Positions 49,540-58,506 of a stretch of DNA of 64,000 bases are shown one piece after another (positions within the stretch are counted from its first letter, which is position 1; each line of letters opens with the position of its first letter). The stretch is taken from positions 81,721 through 145,720 of the forward strand of contig JAJRPM010000015.1 of the NCBI GenBank assembly GCA_024280775.1. The letters run 5' to 3'. The DNA is from Candidatus Zixiibacteriota bacterium (lineage in GTDB: Bacteria > Zixibacteria > MSB-5A5 > GN15 > JACZUZ01). The notes under the pieces are model-generated. The model saw only the letters and a list, made by a program, of their open reading frames with translations, was not told where the DNA came from and did no database searches. The translations under genes were made by a program, and so were the position numbers.

Positions 49540-49830
49540 TCACTTTGGCAATGAAGGCGCCGCATAGTAAGCATCCAACGGCGAAGAGGGCGTCGACGAT
49601 TCGTAGTCGACCATGCCATTGAAAGCTATCTGATTGCGGTAAATGTCTTTACAGACCTGACCTTTTTGAAACGATTCTGCCAATCGCTTCGATATTTTTC
49701 TTAGGTAGTAAATTAGCATTGGCGAATGTGGCTCACAAGTTGAACAGCAATCTCTGTTTCTAGTGGTTGCCAAATCCTGCAACTTGCAGTATAGCAACAG
49801 CTTCCTTAACAGCTGGTAAATCTTGAACAT
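49540..49830 (-). CDS. Cys-rich small protein of unknown family (tandem unit B)
   Basis: Intact 96-aa ATG-started ORF. Colinear similarity to the neighbouring unit A (LxDL, RDC, I-x-RNQ, GMV, DYE, L-x-AY). No SD and no family recognised. Confidence 0.4.
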   Translation of the reverse strand: MFKIYQLLRKLLLYCKLQDLATTRNRDCCSTCEPHSPMLIYYLRKISKRLAESFQKGQVCKDIYRNQIAFNGMVDYESSTPSSPLDAYYAAPSLPK

Positions 49831-49845
49831 GTTTCACTTAGGCGC

Positions 49846-50236
49846 TCAGGCCATTAGCAGGTTGAAGACGGAAGTATGGGGATACGCCCCCAACGCATTG
49901 AATTGAACCGACATTTGTAACTCATAGTCAAGATTAAAGTTAACCATTCCTCTTTTTTTATCCGGCAGTAAAGCCCTTAAGCGGTCTTTGATTACGAGCG
50001 ATAAACTTCCTTTTCGGTTTGACACTATAGCCGTGAGTTTCGTAGAAACCTGCTGCTCTGACATGATTGGCCAGCGCTCTTGCTCTAGTTAGCGGACAAT
50101 CTCTAAGCAACTTTAGGGATTTAGCCCATAAATCGCTCAGGAATTGAACAGCAAAACAACAACAGCCATAACCTGATGCCAAACACCGCATTGCCTTGAG
50201 AGCCCATATCTGTAAGCAACTACTCGTTGGATACAA
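49846..50236 (-). pseudogene. frameshifted paralog of unit B (tandem unit A)
   Basis: Similarity to unit B starts in the frame of ORF 49958..50236 (...RDCPLTRARAL...FIARNQ). It continues in the frame of ORF 49846..50064 (GMVNFNLDYE...LGAY). The only start is a TTG. Confidence 0.4.
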
Positions 50237-50287
50237 TATGAGCGTCCTGCGCCTAACGAAACCGTCAATGCGTCATTCCCTTATATT

Positions 50288-50333
50288 GTGAATCTCACGT
50301 GTGAATCTCACAGGAAAACATGGTGAATTTCAC
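50288..50333. promoter_or_regulatory. three copies of an 11-bp palindromic box GTGAAT(C/T)TCAC upstream of unit A
   Basis: GTGAATCTCAC at 50288-50298 and 50301-50311, GTGAATTTCAC at 50323-50333. Each is GTGA-N3-TCAC. They lie 50-100 nt upstream of the unit A start. Confidence 0.5.
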
Positions 50334-50588
50334 GGAATAACTATGTATGTACTAACTCAGTGTGTACTTAGTTCGAAACAAGTGTAGTAATCTTGTGAAG
50401 GTAATTCTTCTTTGGGGCTGGCGCGGAGCAACAGGTGAGTAAATTAGGTGAGTCCGTTCAAGAAAATCTTGAGAGTAACTGATTGTTTGCGTCCGGCTAC
50501 GGTCCCTGCGTAATGTCCTGTTCCTTTTCCTTATCAGGGCGTTAATATGTTTCTATTCCTTTAGTAAAATACGCTACTTCAACTCAAC

Positions 50589-51470
50589 TCATTTAGTGGC
50601 CGTCGTGTCCGATACAGGAAGGCGCGACTTCATGCGCTGATACACTTCTCTATTAAACTTCAAATCACCTTTTAGTTCCCCCATTGCCGCGATTTGTTTC
50701 TTGGCGTTGGAGATTCTTGATTGTGTGTCGGGATGTCCGGCGGTCAGCTTCTCGAATACATTCGAGCTACTCGCTCCAGCCTCCGCTAGATGGCCAAACA
50801 TACCCACAGCGCCTTGCGGATTGTAACCTGCAAGTCTCATGTATCCTATCCCATACCTGTCGGCCTCCGCCTCGGCGCTCCGTGAATATCCGGCAAAAAC
50901 CAACGAAAGTCCAATACCGGCCGCCGCATCTCGTAGCTTAGAGCTACCTGAATTACCAAAGACAAACGAATACCCGTAATTTGCTATCAACGCAGTTTGC
51001 ATCCGCTTCATTCCATGCCTGGCCACCACATGCGATATCTCATGACTCATAACCGCCGCTAACTGGGCTTCGTTGTCCATTAGCTTCAATAGTCCGGTAT
51101 AAAAGTAAATATATCCCCCAGGAAGCGCGAAGGCGTTGATTTGGTCGGATTCGATAACCGCGAATTGGTACTCTAGCTCTCTCCTATCGGATACAGCTAC
51201 AATCCTATTTCCTATGTCAGTGATGTAGTTTTGCCAAACCGAGTCAGCTAGCATTTGGGACTCAGTTTGAATTTGAATATTCATCTGGGCGCCAATAGCA
51301 ACCTCTTCTCCGGTTCCGATTAGCAGGAAAGATTTTTTTCCTCCGGGACCGGTAGTGACGCAGGACGCCAGTGTGACAGCGCTGACCACAAGAAGAGTTG
51401 TGACACGTTTCAAAGCCTGGCTTACAGTTGCCGAGCGCCTATTATGCCGTTTACTCAAGAGATGTAACAT
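50589..51470 (-). CDS. M48-family zinc metalloprotease lipoprotein
   Basis: Lipobox TLAS|C. HEISHV zinc motif with downstream E (AEAEADRYG). INAFALPGGYIYF block typical of M48/BepA-like peptidases. No TPR domain in this polypeptide. Confidence 0.85.
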   Translation of the reverse strand: MLHLLSKRHNRRSATVSQALKRVTTLLVVSAVTLASCVTTGPGGKKSFLLIGTGEEVAIGAQMNIQIQTESQMLADSVWQNYITDIGNRIVAVSDRRELEYQFAVIESDQINAFALPGGYIYFYTGLLKLMDNEAQLAAVMSHEISHVVARHGMKRMQTALIANYGYSFVFGNSGSSKLRDAAAGIGLSLVFAGYSRSAEAEADRYGIGYMRLAGYNPQGAVGMFGHLAEAGASSSNVFEKLTAGHPDTQSRISNAKKQIAAMGELKGDLKFNREVYQRMKSRLPVSDTTATK

Positions 51471-51502
51471 CAGCGCAACCGGAAGAGTATCGTAACCAAT
51501 GA

Positions 51503-51874
51503 TTAGATTTTGATTTTATCGGCTAGATCCGAAATCAGGGGCAAGCGCACGTGCTTACCCTGTAGCGCAAACAAAATTCCGGCGATTGAGGAACCAATGC
51601 AGGCTATCAAAACTGCTTGCCACACCAATGAAGATATTGCTGGAATCAAGAATACAGACGCGAAAATCTCAATCAGGAATAACACTAGCCCCTGTTTGGC
51701 GTGAAACCGCAAGCTCTTGTTATCTGAGAGTCTTAGGATTGGCAACAAACAAAGGAATGGTATATATGAAAAGACAATATACAGAGGATTATTAAGTCGG
51801 TCTCCATCCCCACTTCCGTCGGGGAAAATCTCATCGCCAATATCTGAAAAGGGAGATTCTTTCATGTCATCCAT
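51503..51874 (-). CDS. small membrane protein (DUF4870/Tic20-like, tentative)
   Basis: Three TM helices with an RFHAKQGLVLFL motif after helix 1. Confidence 0.45.
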   Translation of the reverse strand: MDDMKESPFSDIGDEIFPDGSGDGDRLNNPLYIVFSYIPFLCLLPILRLSDNKSLRFHAKQGLVLFLIEIFASVFLIPAISSLVWQAVLIACIGSSIAGILFALQGKHVRLPLISDLADKIKI

Positions 51875-52066
51875 AAACGCCCTACCTGAATTTCAAAAAC
51901 GTCATCTATCGAATAGAACAGTCTCACGCAGAGGTAAAACCCCTGCTTCGCTCTGTTCAACAATGAATGAACGTCTATTGATTCCTCAAGTCAAGCGCCA
52001 TGTTTCCACACCAGTGGGAAAATGGTATTACATTGGAGATTCAGACGAGAAAACTACTCCAGAAAA

Positions 52067-52744
52067 TCAGCCGGCTGGCTTGATTTCGTGGAAAATCCGC
52101 TGGGCGATTGACGGAGCCTGCGACTGCCAATAGTCGGTTGTAATGCGATCCAGAAGTTTCTTTGAATTGACGCTATCACCTGCGAGAAGATAGTTTCTGA
52201 GGGCTCCCAACGCATTATCTTCAGCTATAGGACCATTTGGGTAATAGTCAAGAGCTTTCACATACTGCTCAGCGGCGGCGGCATTCTCGCCAGTATTCTC
52301 TAGACAAGCGGCGATTCCAGCCAAAGCGGCGGCGTGGGTAACTTTCACTTTCGAGTACTTACGAGCATACTCTTCGAAATCTTTCTTGGCTTGGTCGTTG
52401 TTCTTGCTGAGATAGTTAGCGCTAGCCAACATATACAAAGCCTCGGCGCCGGTGGAACTGCCGCTGTACTTCTCAGCGACTCCTCGCAACTCAAGCAAAC
52501 CTACCTGTAGATTTCCCGCAAGTATTTTTGTCTTAGCGGCGGCAAGCTCTGTGCGGGCCTCACCGGTGATACCAGCTTGGTAGTCCTGATAAAAATACAG
52601 GCCAATTGTTAGCAACACAATTACGGCAATACCTCCGAAGAGAGTCATTGCATTATTAGTCGCCCACTCGCGCGCTTCGCCCATGAAGTCTGTGAATTTG
52701 TCTCGCTTTATATCCTGCTTGCCAAATGTAACTCTCGTACCCAT
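52067..52744 (-). CDS. membrane-anchored TPR protein (YfgM-like, tentative)
   Basis: Single N-terminal TM (LFGGIAVIVLLTIGLYF) followed by TPR-like helical repeats rich in A/L/Y. Confidence 0.55.
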   Translation of the reverse strand: MGTRVTFGKQDIKRDKFTDFMGEAREWATNNAMTLFGGIAVIVLLTIGLYFYQDYQAGITGEARTELAAAKTKILAGNLQVGLLELRGVAEKYSGSSTGAEALYMLASANYLSKNNDQAKKDFEEYARKYSKVKVTHAAALAGIAACLENTGENAAAAEQYVKALDYYPNGPIAEDNALGALRNYLLAGDSVNSKKLLDRITTDYWQSQAPSIAQRIFHEIKPAG

Positions 52745-52990
52745 CTACCAGTAACTCCTTCAACCAATTCTTGCTAAACTTTTTCAGGCTCACCAAACTA
52801 CTTCGCAAGCAAACCAATAACTTGCTTGCCCTGCCTTTGAAATGCATCATCTACGAAACATGTTGCATATATGATTTGCATTCTTACTTGCATGTCAATG
52901 ACAGCCAGACTAGATGTGCCGACTGTCTATGTTCACGAGTTCTCACTTATGCAAATGACAGACCAATCAGGCCAGCCCTGAACATTTGGC

Positions 52991-54673
52991 CTAGAAATAG
53001 CCTGTAAAACTAACCATGATACGATGATCCCGTACACGTGTCTCAGAATTGCGAGTACCATTCACAAGATAGGGAGATGCATCCACTGTGGTAGCCGGGT
53101 CATAGAAATCGGGGTTGTCAACTGAACCAATATTCCCCAACTCACGCACAGAGGCGCTATTTACCTGCTGGCTGTACGATGTAAAAGTATATGCGATGTC
53201 CAAAGCCCTTTGCGTTGTCTTTATCCCGATACCTAGCGAGAAGCTAATCGCGCGGACTTGACTCCCGAATGAGTTCAGAAACAGATCTACATCCTGATTG
53301 CCTTTGAAGGCATTGTCTTTATCCTCATAAAATGCGACGCCAGTCGTTTGCAGACTCAGGGGCAAAGTTGGATCCTGACGTCCGCCAAAAAGGAACGAAT
53401 AATCGTTGATATCGCTGAAAGGTTGCGGAAGATAGCCGAATCCGGCTCGAAGGGGTATTGAGCCAATTTTTGAGTCTAGAGTGTACTCCCCGCCAACGCG
53501 AATCTGCAATACATTATTCCAATGCGCTGGCTCACTGCGGAAGAATGTCTCCTTGTTACCTGTCTGGCTAATTCTAGTTGAATCAAGTAATAACAGGTTA
53601 GAGCCCGAGAATCCACGATAGTCAATATCCAAACTAGTTAGAAACTTTTCAGACCACTTATGAGCCGCCCCAAAGGTAATCATCAAGGGCATCTCAATCT
53701 TGGATTCCTGATCGGCCCAAATCAATGTATCCGAGCTGGTGATTCCGGCGGTAACAACTGCTCCGTTCTCGGTCACCAGACGATCCATCTTAATATCGTC
53801 GGACATCTTTATCTCGAAAGGTGTGCGGACAGTGAGTCCCAAAGTAGTTTTCTCACCCAATACGTACTTGGCGCCAAAACTGAAATTGAAACCAGAGATA
53901 TTGATCGAATCCATTTGGTTTACCTGACGAGTAACGTTAATGACCTGATTGTTTCTCGTGGAATCCTTCTGATTCAGATAGGTTTCGGTGCGTGACTGGT
54001 CGACAACAACTCTACCAAAGTAAATATTGGCTGTGAGTCCTAGAGACAACTTCTCTGAAACATCGGTAGAAAGCCCCAAGTTGGCAGAATTCAGGAACCC
54101 CTGCCTGGTGGTTGTTAGATCGCGTGAGCCTGGTGATGACAAATGCGGAAACACCTTATCGGTAAACATGTCAAAAGTGTCAAAATGCCTGGTAATACCT
54201 GCGCCCAGCACAAAACGCTGTTTCTTGACCAGCAAAGGCGCAACCAAAGCCGCATTGCGGAAGAAATTGCTACTCGCTCCGGAATGATTCAATGTTTCAG
54301 TGCCGTTGAAATCGAATGAGCCTTTGGGGATGTAGTTCGCCCAATCGAATGACATGTAGATTTCGTCAAGCTTGGTCAGTCCCGCCGGGTTCCAGGACAA
54401 TGCGAACGGGTCATCAGCTACCGCTGTGAAAGCATTTCCCATACCAGCGGCCCTGGCTCCTCCGCCAGTGAAATCCCAACTATAGTTGAAATCCTGCGAA
54501 AACCTGAGGTCAAAATCCGGTGAGGTTTGTTGCGCCTGCAATAAACCGGCGCTGAAAAATGTAACAAGAGAGATGGCGGTTACTGATATCAAAAACCTGA
54601 AGCGCTTTCTCACATATCCTCCGAAGCTAACACGTCCTAAAGCCATGTTAATACTATTATTAGCGATATTCAC
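52991..54673 (-). CDS. large PorV/FadL-like outer-membrane beta-barrel protein
   Basis: Signal peptide (..GLLQA|QQ). N-terminal block GGGARAAGMGNAFTAVADDPFALSWNPAGL shared with 48479..49495. Long alternating-strand region and terminal SFTGYF. Confidence 0.6.
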   Translation of the reverse strand: MNIANNSINMALGRVSFGGYVRKRFRFLISVTAISLVTFFSAGLLQAQQTSPDFDLRFSQDFNYSWDFTGGGARAAGMGNAFTAVADDPFALSWNPAGLTKLDEIYMSFDWANYIPKGSFDFNGTETLNHSGASSNFFRNAALVAPLLVKKQRFVLGAGITRHFDTFDMFTDKVFPHLSSPGSRDLTTTRQGFLNSANLGLSTDVSEKLSLGLTANIYFGRVVVDQSRTETYLNQKDSTRNNQVINVTRQVNQMDSINISGFNFSFGAKYVLGEKTTLGLTVRTPFEIKMSDDIKMDRLVTENGAVVTAGITSSDTLIWADQESKIEMPLMITFGAAHKWSEKFLTSLDIDYRGFSGSNLLLLDSTRISQTGNKETFFRSEPAHWNNVLQIRVGGEYTLDSKIGSIPLRAGFGYLPQPFSDINDYSFLFGGRQDPTLPLSLQTTGVAFYEDKDNAFKGNQDVDLFLNSFGSQVRAISFSLGIGIKTTQRALDIAYTFTSYSQQVNSASVRELGNIGSVDNPDFYDPATTVDASPYLVNGTRNSETRVRDHRIMVSFTGYF

Positions 54674-54955
54674 AGTTATTACTATTTGCTTTAATTATCC
54701 GGGTTATCTGCTGATGAGACCCTAACCCACTTGCAAAGGTGAGCGCCCCCATACGGCTGGCTAATATAGTTTCCCCTACTTGACCTGTCAACAGACAGCG
54801 GCAATGTTAGCCCAAGGCAACCCACTGCCACTAGGAAACTTACCGATAGCGCCTTTGCTAGCGCCAAACTTTGATGATGTCCAGCTCCATTAAGACACTT
54901 TCTTGGGACGTTGCTGAAAGAGCCGCCAACCAAGTGTCCCTCATATTCTGTACAA

Positions 54956-55029
54956 TACCCCCGGCAGGAATTGAACCTGCGGCACGCAGTTTAGGAAACT
55001 GCTGCTCTATCCAACTGAGCTACGGGGGC
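54956..55029 (-). tRNA. tRNA-Arg (anticodon CCT)
   Basis: The reverse complement reads GCCCCCG-TA-GCTCAGTTGGATAGAGC-A-GCAGT-TTCCTAA-ACTGC-GTGCC-GCAGG-TTCAATT-CCTGC-CGGGGGT-A. The cloverleaf is complete with a G1:U72 wobble. CCA is not encoded. Confidence 0.88.
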
Positions 55030-55112
55030 AGGTATTTAACCTGAAAGGCTTGCGACCTCAGACTCAATCACGAAATAACTCGTGTGGTTACTGCTTGATT
55101 TTGCTCACTAGT

Positions 55113-55700
55113 TCAGTCCTTGTAACTGATGAACGTCTTTACCTTACGCTCGCTGAGCTTCTCTCGCCAGGGCAGAAAAGACAATTCTATCAGCGAAACA
55201 ATAGACTCGATTTTTGCGCCGGACTGCTCCACTATCTTACAGGTGGCTGAAGCAGTGCCGCCGGTAGCCAGCAAATCGTCCACTATGACTACTCTATCTG
55301 AACTATTTAATGCGTCTCGATGCATTTGCACCTGATCGCTTCCGTATTCCAGTTCGTATTCTGCGCTGTAAGTCTTAGAAGGTAGCTTGCCGGGCTTCCG
55401 AACCGGTACAAACCCCACACCCATTCGAGACGCCACCGCCGCGCCAATTACGAATCCACGAGCCTCAATGCCTAATATGCAGGTCGGATTCAGTTTCCGG
55501 CATTCCCGAGTGAACAAATCAATAATTGCTCCGAACACTTTGGCATCGGAAAGCGCCGGCGTTATGTCCCGAAATAGAATACCGGGCTTTGGAAAATCAG
55601 GCACATCGCGAATCGCATCTCGCACCATTTGTATTTGCTGCTGAATCAACTTGGCCTCGGATGTTCCGACTGATGTCTTTGTCTCTTGCATAATTGTCAC
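55113..55700 (-). CDS. apt: adenine phosphoribosyltransferase
   Basis: PDFPKPGILFRDITP and VVIVDDLLATGGTA (PRPP-binding) motifs. The N-terminus is about 20 aa longer than typical, so the start is uncertain. Confidence 0.9.
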   Translation of the reverse strand: MTIMQETKTSVGTSEAKLIQQQIQMVRDAIRDVPDFPKPGILFRDITPALSDAKVFGAIIDLFTRECRKLNPTCILGIEARGFVIGAAVASRMGVGFVPVRKPGKLPSKTYSAEYELEYGSDQVQMHRDALNSSDRVVIVDDLLATGGTASATCKIVEQSGAKIESIVSLIELSFLPWREKLSERKVKTFISYKD

Positions 55701-55772
55701 CGTAGCTACTTGTGTTGGTCTATAACTCAGCTTCCAAATACTATTTTTGTCTTTGAATAGCTATTCAATAAT

Positions 55773-56093
55773 TCAGCGAATAAAAAAATCTCCTGAATCA
55801 TAATTATCTATTAGTCCCTGCGGAGCATCGCTTATTGCTACGTCCTCCACCCTACCGAATCTAGGTCCGCGCGATAATTCCGCCAAAAACTCTCGCAGAG
55901 AGTCAGCTGAGCCGACAGCCATCACTTGCACTGTTCCATCGGCGCAGTTTTTTGCCCAACCGCGGACACCGTATTCATGCGCTTTACGCTGGCAGAAGAA
56001 ACGATACCCAACTCCCTGAACGCGACCGGAAACAACTACCACGCGAGCTTGAGTTTCATTTGGACTATTGCCTTCTGTTCTGTCCATAAGCAA
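55773..56093 (-). CDS. acylphosphatase
   Basis: VSGRVQGVGYRFF and GWAKNCADGTV signature motifs. About 100 aa. Confidence 0.85.
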   Translation of the reverse strand: MLMDRTEGNSPNETQARVVVVSGRVQGVGYRFFCQRKAHEYGVRGWAKNCADGTVQVMAVGSADSLREFLAELSRGPRFGRVEDVAISDAPQGLIDNYDSGDFFIR

Positions 56094-56106
56094 GACCTCT
56101 CTTCTT

Positions 56107-56607
56107 CTAGACGCCCAAGCGAAACGCTAGGGCCACCGCCTCTTCTGCCCTGTCTACTTCATAGATTGTCTCGGACATTTCCAGCGGCAGGTCACGTTTC
56201 CAGGCCCCAAGGGAAATTACGGACTTTCCAGCGATAAGCGCAAATGCGATTTCTGACAGAGTTCCGCTTTGTCCGGGTAGAGCAATGACTACTTCTCCGG
56301 CTCTAACCACCAGCGCATTGCGAGCTTCACCAAATCCGGTTGGGATTGCCACCTGGACATACGCATTGGCTTGCTTATGGGCGTTTCCGGGAATGAGCCC
56401 AACCGTTAGGCCTCCTGCGGATTTGGCCCCGCGGCAGACCGCTTCGCTTGCGCCCTGCATTCCGCCGCATACTACTATACCGTCACGTTCGGCTATCAGG
56501 CGGCCTACTTCCTCAGCCAGCTCAGCGGTCTGGTGAGTTGGATTTCCTGCGCCAATTACGGCAATTTGTAGTCTTCTTACTGATTCTGAACCTCCGGATT
56601 TATCCAT
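56107..56607 (-). CDS. TIGR00725/LOG-like Rossmann-fold protein
   Basis: IAVIGAG...A.E.G..IA....IVVCGG..G.ME...RGA...GG..VGIxP pattern and about 165 aa, as in the TIGR00725 family. Confidence 0.65.
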   Translation of the reverse strand: MDKSGGSESVRRLQIAVIGAGNPTHQTAELAEEVGRLIAERDGIVVCGGMQGASEAVCRGAKSAGGLTVGLIPGNAHKQANAYVQVAIPTGFGEARNALVVRAGEVVIALPGQSGTLSEIAFALIAGKSVISLGAWKRDLPLEMSETIYEVDRAEEAVALAFRLGV

Positions 56608-56740
56608 AGTAATAATATGGCCCCTGGCTACGGATTTATCAACTGGCGCCGCGTATGGCTATGCTATCCGAGGGGCCTCAAAAGAGGCCGAAATTGCATT
56701 TGTGGGAGGATATTAGACGATTTAGGCGTCACAAAAAAAA

Positions 56741-56814
<74 letters not shown>

Positions 56815-56825
56815 AGTGACGACCT

Positions 56826-56853
56826 ATAATATAGGAATATCGGCGCCTGTCAA
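56826..56853 (-). promoter_or_regulatory. candidate sigma70 promoter for tRNA-Pro
   Basis: The minus strand reads TTGACA-N16-TATTAT and ends about 12 nt upstream of the mature tRNA 5' end. Confidence 0.55.
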
Positions 56854-57073
56854 GGACTGCTGGAGTATATAGGCCAAATCAACAATTCCGGAAATCCTAT
56901 ATTCGATATTCTCACTCCTGTTCATTTTTCTACTTGCCACTCACAAGTTAGTCGTTAGATTTACCCTAGCAACTCTAGGTTCGCTTTGCCGCTTACTTTT
57001 TCTAATCATTGTTACAATCCAAAAGCTACAATCTGATAGTAGCTATTCAACAGTAAACTACAGGTGTCCCCTT

Positions 57074-58321
57074 ATGTATAAAGTTAGTCTTCGTATTCTC
57101 TGCGCTAGTGTCATTGCTCTTAGTGTCATTGCCCTTAGCGCTTCTTCTTCTCTGGCTCAGACTCAAACGATTCGGTTTGCGGCTTTTGGTGACTATGGTG
57201 TAAACAATAGCAGAGAACAAGCAGTCGCGGATTTGGTTGATAGTTGGAATCCGGATTTTCTTATTACCACTGGTGATAATAGCTATGGTTCTACTGCTAT
57301 AGATGACAATGTCGGGAAGTACTATAGTCAGTATATGGGGGCTTACTCTGGTAGTTATGGGGCGGGGTCGGTGACTAATGAGTTTTTCCCGAGCATTGGG
57401 AATCATGGCTATTCTGACGGCGGGGGGATTAATGCCTACCTCAACTACTTCACTCTTCCAGGCGCCGGAGCTGTTAGTAGTAATACTTCCGGCAATGAGC
57501 GCTATTATGATTTCGTTAAGGGGCCGGTGCATTTCTTTGCGCTCAATAGTAATTCTCAAGAGAGCGACGGCAGAAGCAGTAGCTCGGCGCAGGCGCAGTG
57601 GTTGCAGGCTCAACTGGCGGCCTCTACTGCTAAGTGGAAAATCGTTTATATGCATCACCCGCCTTATTCATCCGCCCGGCACGGGTCGCAGAGTGTTATG
57701 CAGTGGCCGTTTGAGGATTGGGGTGTGACGGCGGTTTTGGCGGGGCATGATCATACCTATGAGCGCATTCACAGAGACGACAATTCGGACTCGCAGGATT
57801 TTCCATATTTTGTCACAGGTTTTGGCGGGCGGACGAAGTATGACTTCCCGGCTTCAAATCTTGTCGCCGGGAGTGTGGTTCGATATAACAGTGATAACGG
57901 GTCGATGTTGATTGACGCTGACGAGCAGCAGATAATTTTCCGGTTCTATTCTGTGGCAGGCGGGCCTGGTGGGACGTTGATTGATTCTTTTGCGATTGTT
58001 GATGTTGTCACCGATGTTGGCGCTGAGGAGAATGTTCTGCCGGGCGGGTTTACGCTCAATCAAAACTATCCGAATCCGTTTAATCCTACGACTGTCATCA
58101 GTTATAGTTTGCCGGTTAAGTCTGAGGTGACAGTGACTATCTACAATTTACTTGGTCAGAGTGTTAGGGTGTTTCGACAAGGCGAGCAGTCCACTGGAGA
58201 ACATAGTATCAGTTGGGACGCTACGGATGCGAGTGGTAACACTGTTGCCAGCGGGGTTTACTTTTACAGGTTGACTTCAGGTGATTTCGCGGTTTCTCGT
58301 AAGATGGTTTTGTTGAGGTAG
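57074..58321 (+). CDS. secreted calcineurin-like metallophosphoesterase with T9SS-type C-terminal sorting domain
   Basis: Signal peptide (..SSSLA|QTQ). Motifs GDYG, TGDNSYG, GNHGY, MHHPPYSS and GHDHTYER. The last ~80 aa (NYPNPFNPTTVISY...SGVYFYRL...RKMVLLR) match the Por secretion tail pattern. Confidence 0.85.
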   Translation: MYKVSLRILCASVIALSVIALSASSSLAQTQTIRFAAFGDYGVNNSREQAVADLVDSWNPDFLITTGDNSYGSTAIDDNVGKYYSQYMGAYSGSYGAGSVTNEFFPSIGNHGYSDGGGINAYLNYFTLPGAGAVSSNTSGNERYYDFVKGPVHFFALNSNSQESDGRSSSSAQAQWLQAQLAASTAKWKIVYMHHPPYSSARHGSQSVMQWPFEDWGVTAVLAGHDHTYERIHRDDNSDSQDFPYFVTGFGGRTKYDFPASNLVAGSVVRYNSDNGSMLIDADEQQIIFRFYSVAGGPGGTLIDSFAIVDVVTDVGAEENVLPGGFTLNQNYPNPFNPTTVISYSLPVKSEVTVTIYNLLGQSVRVFRQGEQSTGEHSISWDATDASGNTVASGVYFYRLTSGDFAVSRKMVLLR

Positions 58322-58506
58322 AATGGGTTCGTTCGGTAAATAGAGGTTGTTGGTGTAGGAATGTTGTAGTGTTTTTGTGTGGTTGTGACATAGGTTTGGG
58401 GATTTGTTAGGCGCCTTCATTACTAAAGGGGGCGTGAGGATTTTAGTGTGGGTTGGTGGTGAAATTGGAGCTAGGCCTATCGCGCGCGCCAATGAGAAAA
58501 TGTCGG

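Noticed and set aside
50138-50149. 12-nt identity (CAGGAATTGAAC) between unit A and the T-arm of tRNA-Arg (54965-54976), which could be an att-site remnant marking a 4.8-kb island
   Set aside because: About one such 12-mer match between the three tRNAs and a 64-kb window is expected by chance. The identity does not extend into the acceptor stem. The intervening genes (M48, TPR, OMP) are not mobile-element-like and no integrase is present.
49846-50236. Assigning unit A to the GNAT acetyltransferases (NHVRAAGFYETHGY) or to lasso-peptide B2/transglutaminase-core3 proteins (CPLTRARAL...FIARNQ)
   Set aside because: The region is too short for a complete GNAT fold. The would-be catalytic His of the transglutaminase pattern is Arg. 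The paralogous unit B does not keep either motif. These remain hypotheses to test, not calls.
52808-52832. 8-bp inverted repeat GCAAGCAA-N9-TTGCTTGC and three TTGCAT hexamers (52863-52892) between the large PorV-like gene and the TPR gene
   Set aside because: No U tract follows the stem in either orientation. The best sigma70 fit nearby (TTGACA-N18-TCATAT) has a poor -10. Evidence is insufficient for a terminator or promoter call.
54817-54830. sigma54-like TGGCAGTGGGTTGC (minus strand) upstream of the large PorV-like gene
   Set aside because: The GG-to-GC distance is one nucleotide short of the invariant spacing.
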